From an uncultured OCS116 cluster bacterium (GTDB lineage Bacteria > Pseudomonadota > Alphaproteobacteria > Rhizobiales > TMED25), in assembly GCA_902633855.1 (NCBI GenBank), contig CACPHU010000002.1, positions 37,339 to 101,338 on the forward strand: a stretch of DNA of 64,000 nucleotides. Direction: 5' to 3'. A program made the position numbers and the translations under genes. The notes below the pieces were generated by a model. The model was given only the letters and a program-made list of their open reading frames with translations. It was not told where the DNA came from and searched no databases. Positions 39,584 to 49,689 of the stretch are shown here, piece after piece (positions within the stretch are counted from its first letter, which is position 1; every line of letters begins with the position of its first letter).

Positions 39584-40336
39584 ATGATAATTGATCCATT
39601 ATTTTATGCTATGGCTATTCCCTCTGTAATTCTAATTGGATTATCTAAGGGGGGGCTTACAGGACTTGGCGTGCTTGCAGTGCCATTAATGGCAATCGTT
39701 GCATCTCCGATGCAGGCCGCAGCTGTACTAATGCCAATATTATTGATTTTGGACCTAGTTGCAGTTTGGACATACAGAAAATCGTATGATAAAATCACTC
39801 TATTGATAACAATCCCAGCGTCAATTATTGGCATCATAATCGGTGCAATTTTAGTTTCACAAGTTAATCCAGACTGGATAAGAATAATCATAGGTCTAAT
39901 TGCAATATCTTTCACCATATCCCACTGGAGAAATACCGAGGAGAAACAACCACAAGGACACAGCATAGCTAGAGGAACGATTTGGGGAAGCATTACGGGC
40001 TTTACAAGCTTTGTTACATTGACAGGCGCACCACCATACCAAATGTATCTTTTACCTCTCAGGCTCAATCAAAGAACATATGCTGGAACTTTTATGATAT
40101 TTTTCTGGATGAACAATTTACTCAAAATAATTCCATTTATGATGTTGGGTGAAATGAATAAGACGACAATTACGACATCAGTAATATTATTTCCTATATC
40201 ACTGATCTTTACATTTTTAGGTATCTGGATTGTAAGGAGACTACCAACAAAAATATTCTATGAAATAATTTATATTCTGTTATTTTTAGTGAGTATAAAA
40301 CTTATATATGACGGCTTTACAAATATGTTAGTTTAA
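39584..40336 (+). CDS. TSUP (TauE/SafE) family membrane protein, second copy
   Basis: 250 aa, 7-8 TM segments (GLSKGGLTGLGVLAVPLM). Confidence 0.72.
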   Translation: MIIDPLFYAMAIPSVILIGLSKGGLTGLGVLAVPLMAIVASPMQAAAVLMPILLILDLVAVWTYRKSYDKITLLITIPASIIGIIIGAILVSQVNPDWIRIIIGLIAISFTISHWRNTEEKQPQGHSIARGTIWGSITGFTSFVTLTGAPPYQMYLLPLRLNQRTYAGTFMIFFWMNNLLKIIPFMMLGEMNKTTITTSVILFPISLIFTFLGIWIVRRLPTKIFYEIIYILLFLVSIKLIYDGFTNMLV

Positions 40337-40352
40337 TATTGGAGTTTGATAG

Positions 40353-40826
40353 ATGAATAAGATAGCAATAATCATGGGCTCACAGTCAGATTGGGAGACA
40401 ATGAAGTTTGCAGCAAATATTCTTGATGAATTTGAACAAAATTACGACACGTTAATTATTTCCGCGCATAGAACTCCTGAGAGATTGTATAGTTTTGCAA
40501 AAGATGCAGAAAAAAATTATTCTATAATCATCGCTGGAGCAGGTGGGTCCGCACACCTCCCTGGTATGGTTGCCTCTATTACAACATTGCCCGTTTTAGG
40601 TGTTCCTATCGAGTCAAACTTATTAAATGGCGTTGATAGTCTTTTGTCTATTGTGCAGATGCCTAAAGGTATACCTGTTGGAACTCTTGCAATTGGGACA
40701 TCTGGTTCTACAAATGCAGCGCTATTGGCAATATCAATATTATCAATAAACGATGAAAAATTGTCTTTGATGCTGAAATCATACAGAAATAAACAAACAG
40801 ATTCGATAGATAAAATCCCTAAATGA
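40353..40826 (+). CDS. purE: N5-carboxyaminoimidazole ribonucleotide mutase
   Basis: 157 aa with IIMGSQSDW, SAHRTP and AGGSAHLPGM. Confidence 0.93.
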   Translation: MNKIAIIMGSQSDWETMKFAANILDEFEQNYDTLIISAHRTPERLYSFAKDAEKNYSIIIAGAGGSAHLPGMVASITTLPVLGVPIESNLLNGVDSLLSIVQMPKGIPVGTLAIGTSGSTNAALLAISILSINDEKLSLMLKSYRNKQTDSIDKIPK

Positions 40827-41884
40827 CCCACAAAAAGAAAACTATCGGTATATTAGGAGGTGGTCAACTAGGAATGTTGCTGGCCGAGGCTGCAAAAAAT
40901 CTTGGCTTTGAGACAAATATTTATTGCCCAGATCATGAAAGCCCTGCCTTTAAATTCGCAACTAATCATACTATTGCCGAGTATGGTGATAAGAAAAATT
41001 TAATTAAATTCATAAAGAGTACAGATTACATAACAATTGAATTTGAGAATATCCCTCAAAATACAATAAATTTTATCGCAAAATCGGGTAAGTTATTTCC
41101 TTCTTCTGACGCCATTAAAATTAGCCAAGATCGTTTAATGGAAAAAGATTTTTGTGTTGAAAATCAAATAGCTACAAATGAGTTTACTAATGTTGTAAAT
41201 ATCTCAGATCTTTCCCATTGGAATTATGACAAAAGAAGTGTAATTAAGATGCGTCATCTTGGATATGATGGGAAAGGGCAAAGAGTAATAAATACAAAAA
41301 GTGAGGCTGAAGAAGCATTTAGAGAATTTGGTAGTAGACCATGTATCCTAGAGGACTTTGTCGATTTTGCCGTCGAAGTCTCAACAATATCAGCACGAGA
41401 TATTTATGGTAATACTTTTACCTACCCCCCTTCTGAAAATATTCATAAAAACCATATCCTTAATACCTCATGTGTTCCTGCGTCTATTGATCAGAAAACC
41501 GAGAATATCCTATATGAGATATCAAAAAAAATGATTAAAAATTTAAATTATATTGGTATCTTGGCAATAGAGTTTTTTGTATTAAAAGATAATTCTGTAT
41601 TAGTAAATGAGATAGCGCCGAGAGTTCATAATTCAGGCCATTGGACCCTTGATGGTGCTAACATATCACAATTTGAACAGCATATTCGAGCTGTATCACA
41701 ATTAAAGATACTAAATCCAAAATTAAATTTTAAGACAAAAATGCTCAATCTAATTGGTGACGAAGTCAATATTTGGAAAGATAAGAATAACTCAAAAAAT
41801 GAAAAAATATATATTTATGGAAAGACTGAAACAAAAAAGGGACGAAAGATGGGGCACGTTAATTTTCTTGAAGAATTTAAATAA
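40823..41884 (+). CDS. purK: N5-carboxyaminoimidazole ribonucleotide synthase
   Basis: 353 aa ATP-grasp protein (GILGGGQLG, GYDGKGQ, APRVHNSGHWT). Overlaps purE by 4 nt. Confidence 0.9.
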   Translation: MTHKKKTIGILGGGQLGMLLAEAAKNLGFETNIYCPDHESPAFKFATNHTIAEYGDKKNLIKFIKSTDYITIEFENIPQNTINFIAKSGKLFPSSDAIKISQDRLMEKDFCVENQIATNEFTNVVNISDLSHWNYDKRSVIKMRHLGYDGKGQRVINTKSEAEEAFREFGSRPCILEDFVDFAVEVSTISARDIYGNTFTYPPSENIHKNHILNTSCVPASIDQKTENILYEISKKMIKNLNYIGILAIEFFVLKDNSVLVNEIAPRVHNSGHWTLDGANISQFEQHIRAVSQLKILNPKLNFKTKMLNLIGDEVNIWKDKNNSKNEKIYIYGKTETKKGRKMGHVNFLEEFK

Positions 41885-41987
41885 TAATAAATATTGAATA
41901 AGAAGTCCTATTTGTGTTTACAAAAATATATAATGAGTTATAAGTAATGGGATTATCTATATATAAATTTCTAAATTGGAGATAAAT

Positions 41988-42200
41988 TTGCAAGTAACTG
42001 TAAGAGATAATAACGTTGATCAGGCTCTGAAAGCATTAAAAAAGAAAATGCAAAGAGAGGGTATTTTTAGGGAAATGAAACTCAGAAATCATTATGAAAA
42101 GCCATCTGAAAAGCGTGCGCGAGAAAAAGCTGAAGCAATCAGGCGGGGCCGAAAGCTCGCAAGAAAAAAACTACTCCGAGATGGTTCAGGTATTTTTTAA
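41988..42200 (+). CDS. rpsU: 30S ribosomal protein S21
   Basis: [48 protein letters not shown] prefer TTG 41988, which has GGAG 6 nt upstream, over the track's TTG 41976. Confidence 0.9.
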   Translation: MQVTVRDNNVDQALKALKKKMQREGIFREMKLRNHYEKPSEKRAREKAEAIRRGRKLARKKLLRDGSGIF

Positions 42201-42281
42201 ATAGATATTAACACCCACAAATTATAATCAAGCAGTATATTTAATGATAGGAACCTATTAATCTAGGGCAGCCACTTTTAT

Positions 42282-43118
42282 ATGACTAGAAATCAATTTA
42301 TCTTACTGCTTGGTGTTTTAATACCGTTAAACGGTTGTGCGACCTCTAACAACACAACGCTGCAAAGCCAAACAAACCCAACGTTTTATCAAAGTGAGAG
42401 CAAAGAGAAAAGTATTCTTTCAATAAAATCAGCCCTTCATAATGATGAGAAAAATTTAGACCTCTATATATTATTGGGCAAAGAGTATATGCGGTATTAT
42501 AATTTCAGTGAAGCGATTGATAGCTTTAATATTGCTCTAAGTCAGGATCCTAGGGCATTCGAAGCTTTCCACTATAGAGGTGAAGCTCATTATTTATTAG
42601 GTAACTTTGAGCAGGCTATACATGATTTTGATATGTCATTGACTATAAATCCATTTTATTCTGATGCGTATTATAGTAGGGCAAAATATTATGATGGCAT
42701 TAATAATTCAAAATTGGCATTGGACGATTTAGATAGTGCAATAAGATATAATAATAAAAATTTCTTAGCGTACCAGATGCGAGGAAAAATTAAACAAAGA
42801 TACAAATTGCACGCTGATGCGATACAGGATTTTGATTATTCTATAAGTCAAAGACCAAATAATGTAACAGCTCTATACTATAGGTCCTTATCCTACCATC
42901 AGCTTGGAAGACTGCATAATGCGTTAGATGATTTAAACCAAGTTCTTAACTATGACCCAAGTTTAGTACCTGCACTTTTTATCAGAGCTGACGTTCTTAA
43001 GGGTTTGAAGCAGATTGAAGATGCTATAAAGGATTATGAAAAGATTTTATCGGAAGAGCGTAACAATGCAAGAGCGAAAAAGGAATTAATAAAAATAAAA
43101 CGGGCTAGAAGGCTTTAA
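42282..43118 (+). CDS. TPR-repeat lipoprotein
   Basis: 278 aa with lipobox LNGC and about 6 TPR units (e.g. AFHYRGEAHYLLGNFEQAIHDFDMSLTINP). Confidence 0.7.
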   Translation: MTRNQFILLLGVLIPLNGCATSNNTTLQSQTNPTFYQSESKEKSILSIKSALHNDEKNLDLYILLGKEYMRYYNFSEAIDSFNIALSQDPRAFEAFHYRGEAHYLLGNFEQAIHDFDMSLTINPFYSDAYYSRAKYYDGINNSKLALDDLDSAIRYNNKNFLAYQMRGKIKQRYKLHADAIQDFDYSISQRPNNVTALYYRSLSYHQLGRLHNALDDLNQVLNYDPSLVPALFIRADVLKGLKQIEDAIKDYEKILSEERNNARAKKELIKIKRARRL

Positions 43119-44499
43119 CAATATCCTCTACCATTTTCTTCGCATCACCGAATAACATCATTGTGTTATCTCTAAAAAATAACTCATTTTCAACACCAGC
43201 ATATCCTGAGGCAAGGGATCTTTTTAGGAATAAGATTGTACCGGATCTTTCAACATCTAATATAGGCATCCCATAGATAGGACTGCTTGTATCAGTTTTT
43301 GCTGCCGGGTTTGTGACATCATTTGCACCAATAACGAAGGTAACATCAGTTTGATTGAACTGGGAATTTATATCTTCTAATTCAAATACTTCGTCATACG
43401 GAACTTGTGCCTCAGCTAATAAGACATTCATGTGCCCTGGCATTCTCCCAGCTACCGGGTGTATAGCATAAGAGACATTTACCCCTGATTCTTTTAATAT
43501 ATCAACCATCTCACGAAGAGCGTGCTGCGCTTGCGCCACTGCCATTCCGTAACCCGGAACAATTATTACAGAGCCTGCATTTTTCATAATAAAAGCAGCA
43601 TCATCTGCAGATCCTTGCTTTACTGGTCTATTTTCTGTACTACCAGCACTTTCTGAGGAAGTTTCACCGCCAAAGCCCCCAAGTATAACATTGAAAAATG
43701 ATCGGTTCATTCCCTTACACATGATGTAAGATAATATTGCGCCTGAGGATCCAACTAATGCGCCTGTTATAATAAGAGCTATGTTTCCGAGCGTGAACCC
43801 AATACCTGCGGCAGCCCAACCTGAATATGAGTTGAGCATTGACACAACAACAGGCATATCGGCACCCCCGATTGGTATAATAATCAAAAAACCAATGAGG
43901 AATGATAATAACACTATAGTCCAATAGATTGAATGAGACTCAGTCATGGTAAAAACAACAAGAAGTGACACAATTCCAATGGCTATAATAAGATTTAAAA
44001 GATGCTGTCTTGGAAATACTATTGGAGACCCGGACATCAAGCCTTGTAATTTGAGAAATGCAATAACAGAACCCGAAAAAGTTATGGCTCCAATTATTAC
44101 ACCAAGTCCCATCTCAATTAAGCTTGCTAAGTGTATATCTCCAACCGTGCCTATGCCCATCGATGAAGGAACATACAATGCTGCAGATGCAACCAGCACA
44201 GCAGCGAGACCAACAAGCGAATGGAATGCTGCAACAAGTTGTGGCATAGCCGTCATTGCAATCTTTTTAGCAATAACTAAACCAATTGTACCCCCGATTA
44301 ACAAGCCTCCAAGAAGTAATAACAAATCTATACCACCTGGCGGTGATATGAAAAGTGTTGTGAAGGCCGCTATGACCATACCAATTATACCAAAATAGTT
44401 CCCCATTCTTGCAGATTCAGGATTTGATAATCCCCTTAGAGCTAGAATAAAAAATATCCCTGAAATTAAGTATAAGAATGAAATTAAATTAGCAGACAC
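43105..44499 (-). CDS. pntB: NAD(P) transhydrogenase subunit beta
   Basis: 464 aa with an N-terminal multi-TM domain and a C-terminal NADP(H) domain (VPGYGMAVAQAQ, IHPVAGRMPGHMNVLLAEA). Confidence 0.93.
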   Translation of the reverse strand: MSANLISFLYLISGIFFILALRGLSNPESARMGNYFGIIGMVIAAFTTLFISPPGGIDLLLLLGGLLIGGTIGLVIAKKIAMTAMPQLVAAFHSLVGLAAVLVASAALYVPSSMGIGTVGDIHLASLIEMGLGVIIGAITFSGSVIAFLKLQGLMSGSPIVFPRQHLLNLIIAIGIVSLLVVFTMTESHSIYWTIVLLSFLIGFLIIIPIGGADMPVVVSMLNSYSGWAAAGIGFTLGNIALIITGALVGSSGAILSYIMCKGMNRSFFNVILGGFGGETSSESAGSTENRPVKQGSADDAAFIMKNAGSVIIVPGYGMAVAQAQHALREMVDILKESGVNVSYAIHPVAGRMPGHMNVLLAEAQVPYDEVFELEDINSQFNQTDVTFVIGANDVTNPAAKTDTSSPIYGMPILDVERSGTILFLKRSLASGYAGVENELFFRDNTMMLFGDAKKMVEDIVKAF

Positions 44500-44500
44500 G

Positions 44501-44878
44501 TCATTTTACCTTCTTTTTGTACATTGATAGCATTCGATATGTAACAAAAAAGCCACCAAAGATATTGATAGATGCAAGTATAAGAGCAACAAAACCAAAG
44601 CCCTTTGCAATATAGAAATTTTTAAGACTTGTTTGACCTTCAATAAATTCTGCCCCCAGAGACAAAAGGGCGCCTACGATAATAACAGATGAGATAGCAT
44701 TCGTTACCGACATAAGTGGTGTATGCAAGGCAGGAGTAACGCTCCAAATTACGTAGTAACCAATAAAAATAGCAAGAATAAATATTGCAAACTTATACAT
44801 CAACGGATCTACTGTTCCCATTAATCCAACATTATGCGCCATATCAACAATATCGGTCATTGTTTTTTCCATAGCCAT
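44501..44878 (-). CDS. pntAB: NAD(P) transhydrogenase alpha subunit, membrane part (PntAB)
   Basis: 125 aa, four TM segments. Lies between pntAA and pntB, as in the split alphaproteobacterial (Rhodospirillum-type) enzyme. Confidence 0.85.
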   Translation of the reverse strand: MAMEKTMTDIVDMAHNVGLMGTVDPLMYKFAIFILAIFIGYYVIWSVTPALHTPLMSVTNAISSVIIVGALLSLGAEFIEGQTSLKNFYIAKGFGFVALILASINIFGGFFVTYRMLSMYKKKVK

Positions 44879-44880
44879 AA

Positions 44881-46017
44881 TTACTCTCCTTTCTGGTACA
44901 TTGGGTGCACTAATTTACCAGCCCTTGAAATTAGAATTCCCTTTATTATTTCATCATCATAATTTATTGATAATTGTTTATTCTCATAGTCAATTATTTC
45001 ATCCAAGAACTTCAATACATTCTGCGCATATAGGTTAGATGCATCTGTTGGTAGAAGCCTTGCGAAATTTTCGGAGCCCAGAATTGCAACTCCATTGTGC
45101 ATGATATTTTTCCCGGGCTGAGCAATTTCTACATTACCACCTCTTTCGGTTGCAAGGTCAGCTATGACTGAACCTTCTTTCATTGTTTCAACCATTTTCT
45201 TGGAGATAAGTATTGGGGCTTTTCTTCCGGGTATCAAGGCTGTTGTTATTACAATATCTTGGTTTTTGATATGTTCTGAAACAAGCTGGCTTTGTTTCTC
45301 TTGATACTCTTTTGACATTTCCTTTGCATAACCTGCTGCAGTCTCAGCGGCCTTAAACTCTTCGTCTTCGACGGCTATAAACTTAGCGCCAAGTGACTCT
45401 ACTTGCTCTTTTGTTGCCGGTCTAACATCAGTGGCTGTCACGATACCACCCAATCTCCTTGCTGTCGCAATCGCCTGAAGACCGGCTACCCCTACACCCA
45501 TTATAAATATTTTTGCAGGTGCAATTGTCCCAGCAGCAGTCATCATCATCGGAATAGCTTTTTTGTATTCTGCCGTACTGTCAATTACTGCTTTATATCC
45601 GGCTAGATTTGATTGAGATGATAGCACATCCATAGACTGAGCTCTGGTAATACGAGGCATTAGTTCCATCGAGAAAAGCTGATGTCCATATTTAGTATAC
45701 TCATCCATTTCAGTAGGGCTCACATAAGGATCCATTTGGCCAATTACAATCGCACTTTTATTTAATTTTGCTAAGATTTTATCATCTGGTCTTTTGACTG
45801 TTACCAAAATGTCCGAACTGAGAACTTTATCACTTATCGTTCTCGTAACTTTTGCACCTGCTTCTTCATATTGCTGGTCCGAATAATTCGATTGCTGCCC
45901 ACAGCCAGATTGTATAATGATATTAAGTCCATTTGAAACAAGTTTTTTTACTGTATCTGGCGATAAAGCTACTCTTGTTTCTAATTGATCATGCTCGGTT
46001 AATACGGAAATTTGCAT
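44881..46017 (-). CDS. pntAA: NAD(P) transhydrogenase alpha subunit, soluble dI part (PntAA)
   Basis: 378 aa alanine-dehydrogenase-like fold with the NAD motif MGVGVAGLQAIATARRLGG. Confidence 0.93.
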   Translation of the reverse strand: MQISVLTEHDQLETRVALSPDTVKKLVSNGLNIIIQSGCGQQSNYSDQQYEEAGAKVTRTISDKVLSSDILVTVKRPDDKILAKLNKSAIVIGQMDPYVSPTEMDEYTKYGHQLFSMELMPRITRAQSMDVLSSQSNLAGYKAVIDSTAEYKKAIPMMMTAAGTIAPAKIFIMGVGVAGLQAIATARRLGGIVTATDVRPATKEQVESLGAKFIAVEDEEFKAAETAAGYAKEMSKEYQEKQSQLVSEHIKNQDIVITTALIPGRKAPILISKKMVETMKEGSVIADLATERGGNVEIAQPGKNIMHNGVAILGSENFARLLPTDASNLYAQNVLKFLDEIIDYENKQLSINYDDEIIKGILISRAGKLVHPMYQKGE

Positions 46018-46030
46018 TATATTTAACGAA

Positions 46031-46141
46031 TTAATATACGAAAGCTACAAGAAAAACTAAAATTACTATAACCAAAATTGTTGTGTATTTTGTGAACTTT
46101 ATAAAACCACTGTAAGTTTTATTATGTTCTTCATAATCCAT
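46031..46141 (-). CDS. 36-aa single-TM peptide resembling bacterial aa3-type cytochrome oxidase subunit IV family
   Basis: Not in the ORF track. Manual translation gives MDYEEHNKTYSGFIKFTKYTTILVIVILVFLVAFVY. The stop lies 13 nt before the pntAA start. The H..TY.GF..FTK + TM pattern matches my memory of the small COX4_pro_2-type proteins. Confidence 0.45.
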   Translation of the reverse strand: MDYEEHNKTYSGFIKFTKYTTILVIVILVFLVAFVY

Positions 46142-46224
46142 TTATGTTTTCCAAGTAAAAGTTAAGTTTTGGTATGTTATATTAGTATACAAGATACACC
46201 CAATTTTCAAGAGTAAAATGCTGA

Positions 46225-47589
46225 TCAGCTTCCATAATCAACACCTGTTTTCTTAAAAATTTTTGACTGTCTTTCTGATAGCTTCTTCGAGCTAAAATTG
46301 TCAATCGCCTCTTCAAATAAGTCGTGCAAATTTAAATTTGCGTTTAAATGAAGAAAAACCGACCCAAGACCAATTGCTGCTCTATCCATAAACACAAATT
46401 CTCTTGGTATTTCAACAGGACCAATATCTTTAAGCGCTTGGTAAACGTTGAAAGCTTCTTTTCTTCCATAGAGCTCAGGCTTTATACCGTCTGCAACAGT
46501 TCTTTTTCTGTTATCCAGCAGTGGCCCATATATGAAATTCGCCCAAATATTTAATATATCAATCAGTTCTTTACTTAAATTCTTAAATCCCCACTTTTCA
46601 TATGAGTTAATGACGAGTTCCTGATTATTGTGTTTAAGTCCATTATATAAATTGATTACCCCTTCAACAAAGGCAGGGTGAAACCTTCTTACGCAACCAA
46701 AGTCTAATAAGTTAATACCTAATATCTCGTTTTTTCTTTTAATTATTGAATAATTACCAAGATGCGGATCGCCATGAATTACGCCATACTGTCCAAATGG
46801 TATCCACCATGCCCTGAATAGACATTCAGCAATTTTATTTCTCACAGATTGTGTAGAATTCTTGAAATTCATAAGAGGTTCGCCAGGTAAATATGTCATT
46901 ACAAGAAGTCTTTCTGTGCATAGATCATCCACTAATTCTGGTATTTTGATGTCATTATAGTCCTTGAGTATCTCACCGAATAATTTCATGTGAGTACCCT
47001 CGCGCTTATAATCAAGCTCTTCCCGTAATCTTTCAGCAATTTCTTTTCGTATTTGATCGGTGCCTATTGCTGGACCTAAATTTTTGTTGATCTTAAATAT
47101 TACATCTAATTGCTTTAAATCGGCCTCTACGGCTGAATTCATATCTGGGTACTGTAATTTGCATACAATTTCACGGCTTTCATTTGTAACAGCCTTGTGA
47201 ACTTGTCCTAGTGATGCTGCAGCAAAAGGACTGTAATCAAAATCTTTGAAGCAATCATTCCAATTTATCCCTAGCTCACTAATCATTCTTCTTCTTACAA
47301 ACCCCTTACCCATTGGCGGTGCCATGCTTTGTAACTGGGATAGCTCATTCGCATACTCAGCAGGCACTGCACCAGGAATGGTTGACAGTAATTGTGCTAT
47401 CTTCATGAGTGGACCTTTGAGGGAGCCGAGGGCATTTTTTAGTGCCAAGGCATTCCTTTCATTTTTATTATCTGAAATTATCGTGTTAAATAGAAATTTT
47501 GTAGTAAATTTACCAAATTCTTTTCCGACACTTGTATACCTTGATAATCTTTTGGTATAGTTATTCTTCTCTGTATACCCGTTGCTCAT
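46225..47589 (-). CDS. ABC1/UbiB-family atypical kinase
   Basis: 454 aa with PLMKIAQLLSTIP, AAASLGQVHKA and the kinase-like HGDPHLGN motif. Confidence 0.85.
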   Translation of the reverse strand: MSNGYTEKNNYTKRLSRYTSVGKEFGKFTTKFLFNTIISDNKNERNALALKNALGSLKGPLMKIAQLLSTIPGAVPAEYANELSQLQSMAPPMGKGFVRRRMISELGINWNDCFKDFDYSPFAAASLGQVHKAVTNESREIVCKLQYPDMNSAVEADLKQLDVIFKINKNLGPAIGTDQIRKEIAERLREELDYKREGTHMKLFGEILKDYNDIKIPELVDDLCTERLLVMTYLPGEPLMNFKNSTQSVRNKIAECLFRAWWIPFGQYGVIHGDPHLGNYSIIKRKNEILGINLLDFGCVRRFHPAFVEGVINLYNGLKHNNQELVINSYEKWGFKNLSKELIDILNIWANFIYGPLLDNRKRTVADGIKPELYGRKEAFNVYQALKDIGPVEIPREFVFMDRAAIGLGSVFLHLNANLNLHDLFEEAIDNFSSKKLSERQSKIFKKTGVDYGS

Positions 47590-49382
47590 CAGTTAATTTT
47601 CTCAAGATCATCAATCATTCCTGTTATCAGAGAGATTCCATTATTCCAAAAGCTTGGATCAGTAGCATCAAGATTAAATGGTTGAAGTAACTCTTTATGA
47701 TGCTTTGAGCCACCTGATGCTAATAAGTCTGTATATTTTGTTACGAAACCACTGCGATCTTTTTCATAAACTGAATAGAGTGAATTTACCAGACAATCAC
47801 CGAATGCGTATGCATACACATAAAATGGACTATGAATAAAATGTGGTATATATGACCACAGATATTTGTGCATCTTATCTAATTTGATTGAGGGACCAAG
47901 ACTATTTTTTTGAGTTTCTAACCAAATATCATTTATATCTTCTGAAGTAAGCTCCCCTTCTTTTCTACTTTGATGAACTAATTGTTCAAACTTAAAAAAT
48001 GATATTTGCCTGATTACTGTATTAATCATGTCTTCAATCTTTGAGGCCAAAAGAACTTTTCGTTCAAATTCATTTTTAGTATTCTGTATGAGTTTTCTAT
48101 ATGTCAGCATTTCACCAAAGACACTTGCGGTTTCAGCAAGCGTGAGTGGCGTATCAGAGAGAAGTGGCCCTAGATCGGATGCCAATACCTGATGTATTCC
48201 ATGGCCCAATTCGTGGGCTAACGTCATCACATCTCTGGGTTTTCCTTGATAATTCATCAATATATATGGATGAGTATCAGTCGTCATTGGATGGGCAAAG
48301 GCACCTGTAACTTTTCCATCTTTAATTTTAGCATCTATCCATCTCCCATCAAAAAATCTCTTAACAATTTTTGCCAAATCGACTGAAAATTCTTCATATG
48401 CATCAATTACAATATCTCTTGCATCATTCCATTTTATTTCTTTTGTTTTTGTATCAGGTAAAGGTGCATTTCTATCCCAGCTCTCAAGGTACTTTTTTCC
48501 TAGTATTTCTGACTTTATTTTATAGTATCTATGACTAGTATTTTTATAATTCAGTTCTACTGCATTTACTAATGCATCTACGACTTCGGGTTCAATATTA
48601 TTTGCCAGGTGCCTTGATTGCTCTGGGTATTTATACTTTCTCCACTTATCCGATATAGACCTATCTTGGCAAATCGTGTTCATGATATGGGTGAAGAGCG
48701 GGATATTTTCTTTCAGCCTCTCTGTGACACTTAAGAATGCCTTTTTCCGATCTTTTTCTTGAGGTGACAAAAGGTAATTTAACGCTTCTTCTAAGCTTTT
48801 TGACTCACCATCGATATCAACCTTCATATTAGATATTGTTTGGTCAAATAATCTATTCCATGCTGAGAATGAGGTCATACTTTTATCATGGAATATTTGT
48901 TCAACTTCATCAGATAGTTGGTGAGGCTTGTATTTTCTTATATTCTCAAACCATGCCTTGTATGAGGCTAATTCTTTGTCATTCAGTAATTTTTCAAGAA
49001 CTTTTTCAGATAGACTGTTAAGTTCAAGCTCATAAAATATGATTTTATTTGAAATTTCAGTGATTTTAACTTGCGTATCACCATAAAACTTAGTTCTGCC
49101 AGGATCATTTGTTGCCGTAACATGGTGCAATGTTGCATATCCCGATAATTTACCCATAGAATTTAAAATCTCTTCGTATGAGACAATTGATTTTTTTAAT
49201 CTTTTTACATTTTCACCGATCGGAGCGTTTTTAATTAGAATAGCTTTTTTGTATTCCGCCTCAAAATCATGAACACTTTTTTTCAGTTGTTCCATGTCAT
49301 CATTAAATGATGCACTTTCCGGTGCATCGTAGAGATCACTTAAATCCCATTCTGGTAATTTATCAGTCTTCTTTTGTAGCAT
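47589..49382 (-). CDS. pepF: M3-family oligoendopeptidase F
   Basis: Zinc motif HELGHGIH plus a downstream E. About 597 aa from ATG 49382, which has AGAGGT upstream. The track start at 49415 adds 11 improbable residues. Confidence 0.88.
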   Translation of the reverse strand: MLQKKTDKLPEWDLSDLYDAPESASFNDDMEQLKKSVHDFEAEYKKAILIKNAPIGENVKRLKKSIVSYEEILNSMGKLSGYATLHHVTATNDPGRTKFYGDTQVKITEISNKIIFYELELNSLSEKVLEKLLNDKELASYKAWFENIRKYKPHQLSDEVEQIFHDKSMTSFSAWNRLFDQTISNMKVDIDGESKSLEEALNYLLSPQEKDRKKAFLSVTERLKENIPLFTHIMNTICQDRSISDKWRKYKYPEQSRHLANNIEPEVVDALVNAVELNYKNTSHRYYKIKSEILGKKYLESWDRNAPLPDTKTKEIKWNDARDIVIDAYEEFSVDLAKIVKRFFDGRWIDAKIKDGKVTGAFAHPMTTDTHPYILMNYQGKPRDVMTLAHELGHGIHQVLASDLGPLLSDTPLTLAETASVFGEMLTYRKLIQNTKNEFERKVLLASKIEDMINTVIRQISFFKFEQLVHQSRKEGELTSEDINDIWLETQKNSLGPSIKLDKMHKYLWSYIPHFIHSPFYVYAYAFGDCLVNSLYSVYEKDRSGFVTKYTDLLASGGSKHHKELLQPFNLDATDPSFWNNGISLITGMIDDLEKIN

Positions 49383-49437
49383 TTTAACCTCTATAAAATA
49401 TACGTATCGACGCAATCTTCTGATTAATTAAGGGTAC

Positions 49438-49689
49438 CTATTTCTGATATTTTTTTTTCCAATCGTTATAGGGCATACCGTAGATCACTTGCCTTGCATC
49501 CTCATACTCGATTGGAGATGCATAACCAGCTGAAGCTTCCATATACCATTTTGCAAGACAATTACGACAAAACCCTGCAAGATCCATCAAATCTATATTT
49601 TGTAGTTCAGTACTTGTTTGTAAATGTGTTATCAACCTATCGAAAACTTCTGCTTTGATCTTTTCTTCATTAGTCATTGCTTCCTCCAT
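49438..49689 (-). CDS. DUF1244 family protein
   Basis: 83 aa with the conserved core LAGFCRNCLAKWY...YGMPYNDWKKKYQ. Confidence 0.8.
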   Translation of the reverse strand: MEEAMTNEEKIKAEVFDRLITHLQTSTELQNIDLMDLAGFCRNCLAKWYMEASAGYASPIEYEDARQVIYGMPYNDWKKKYQK

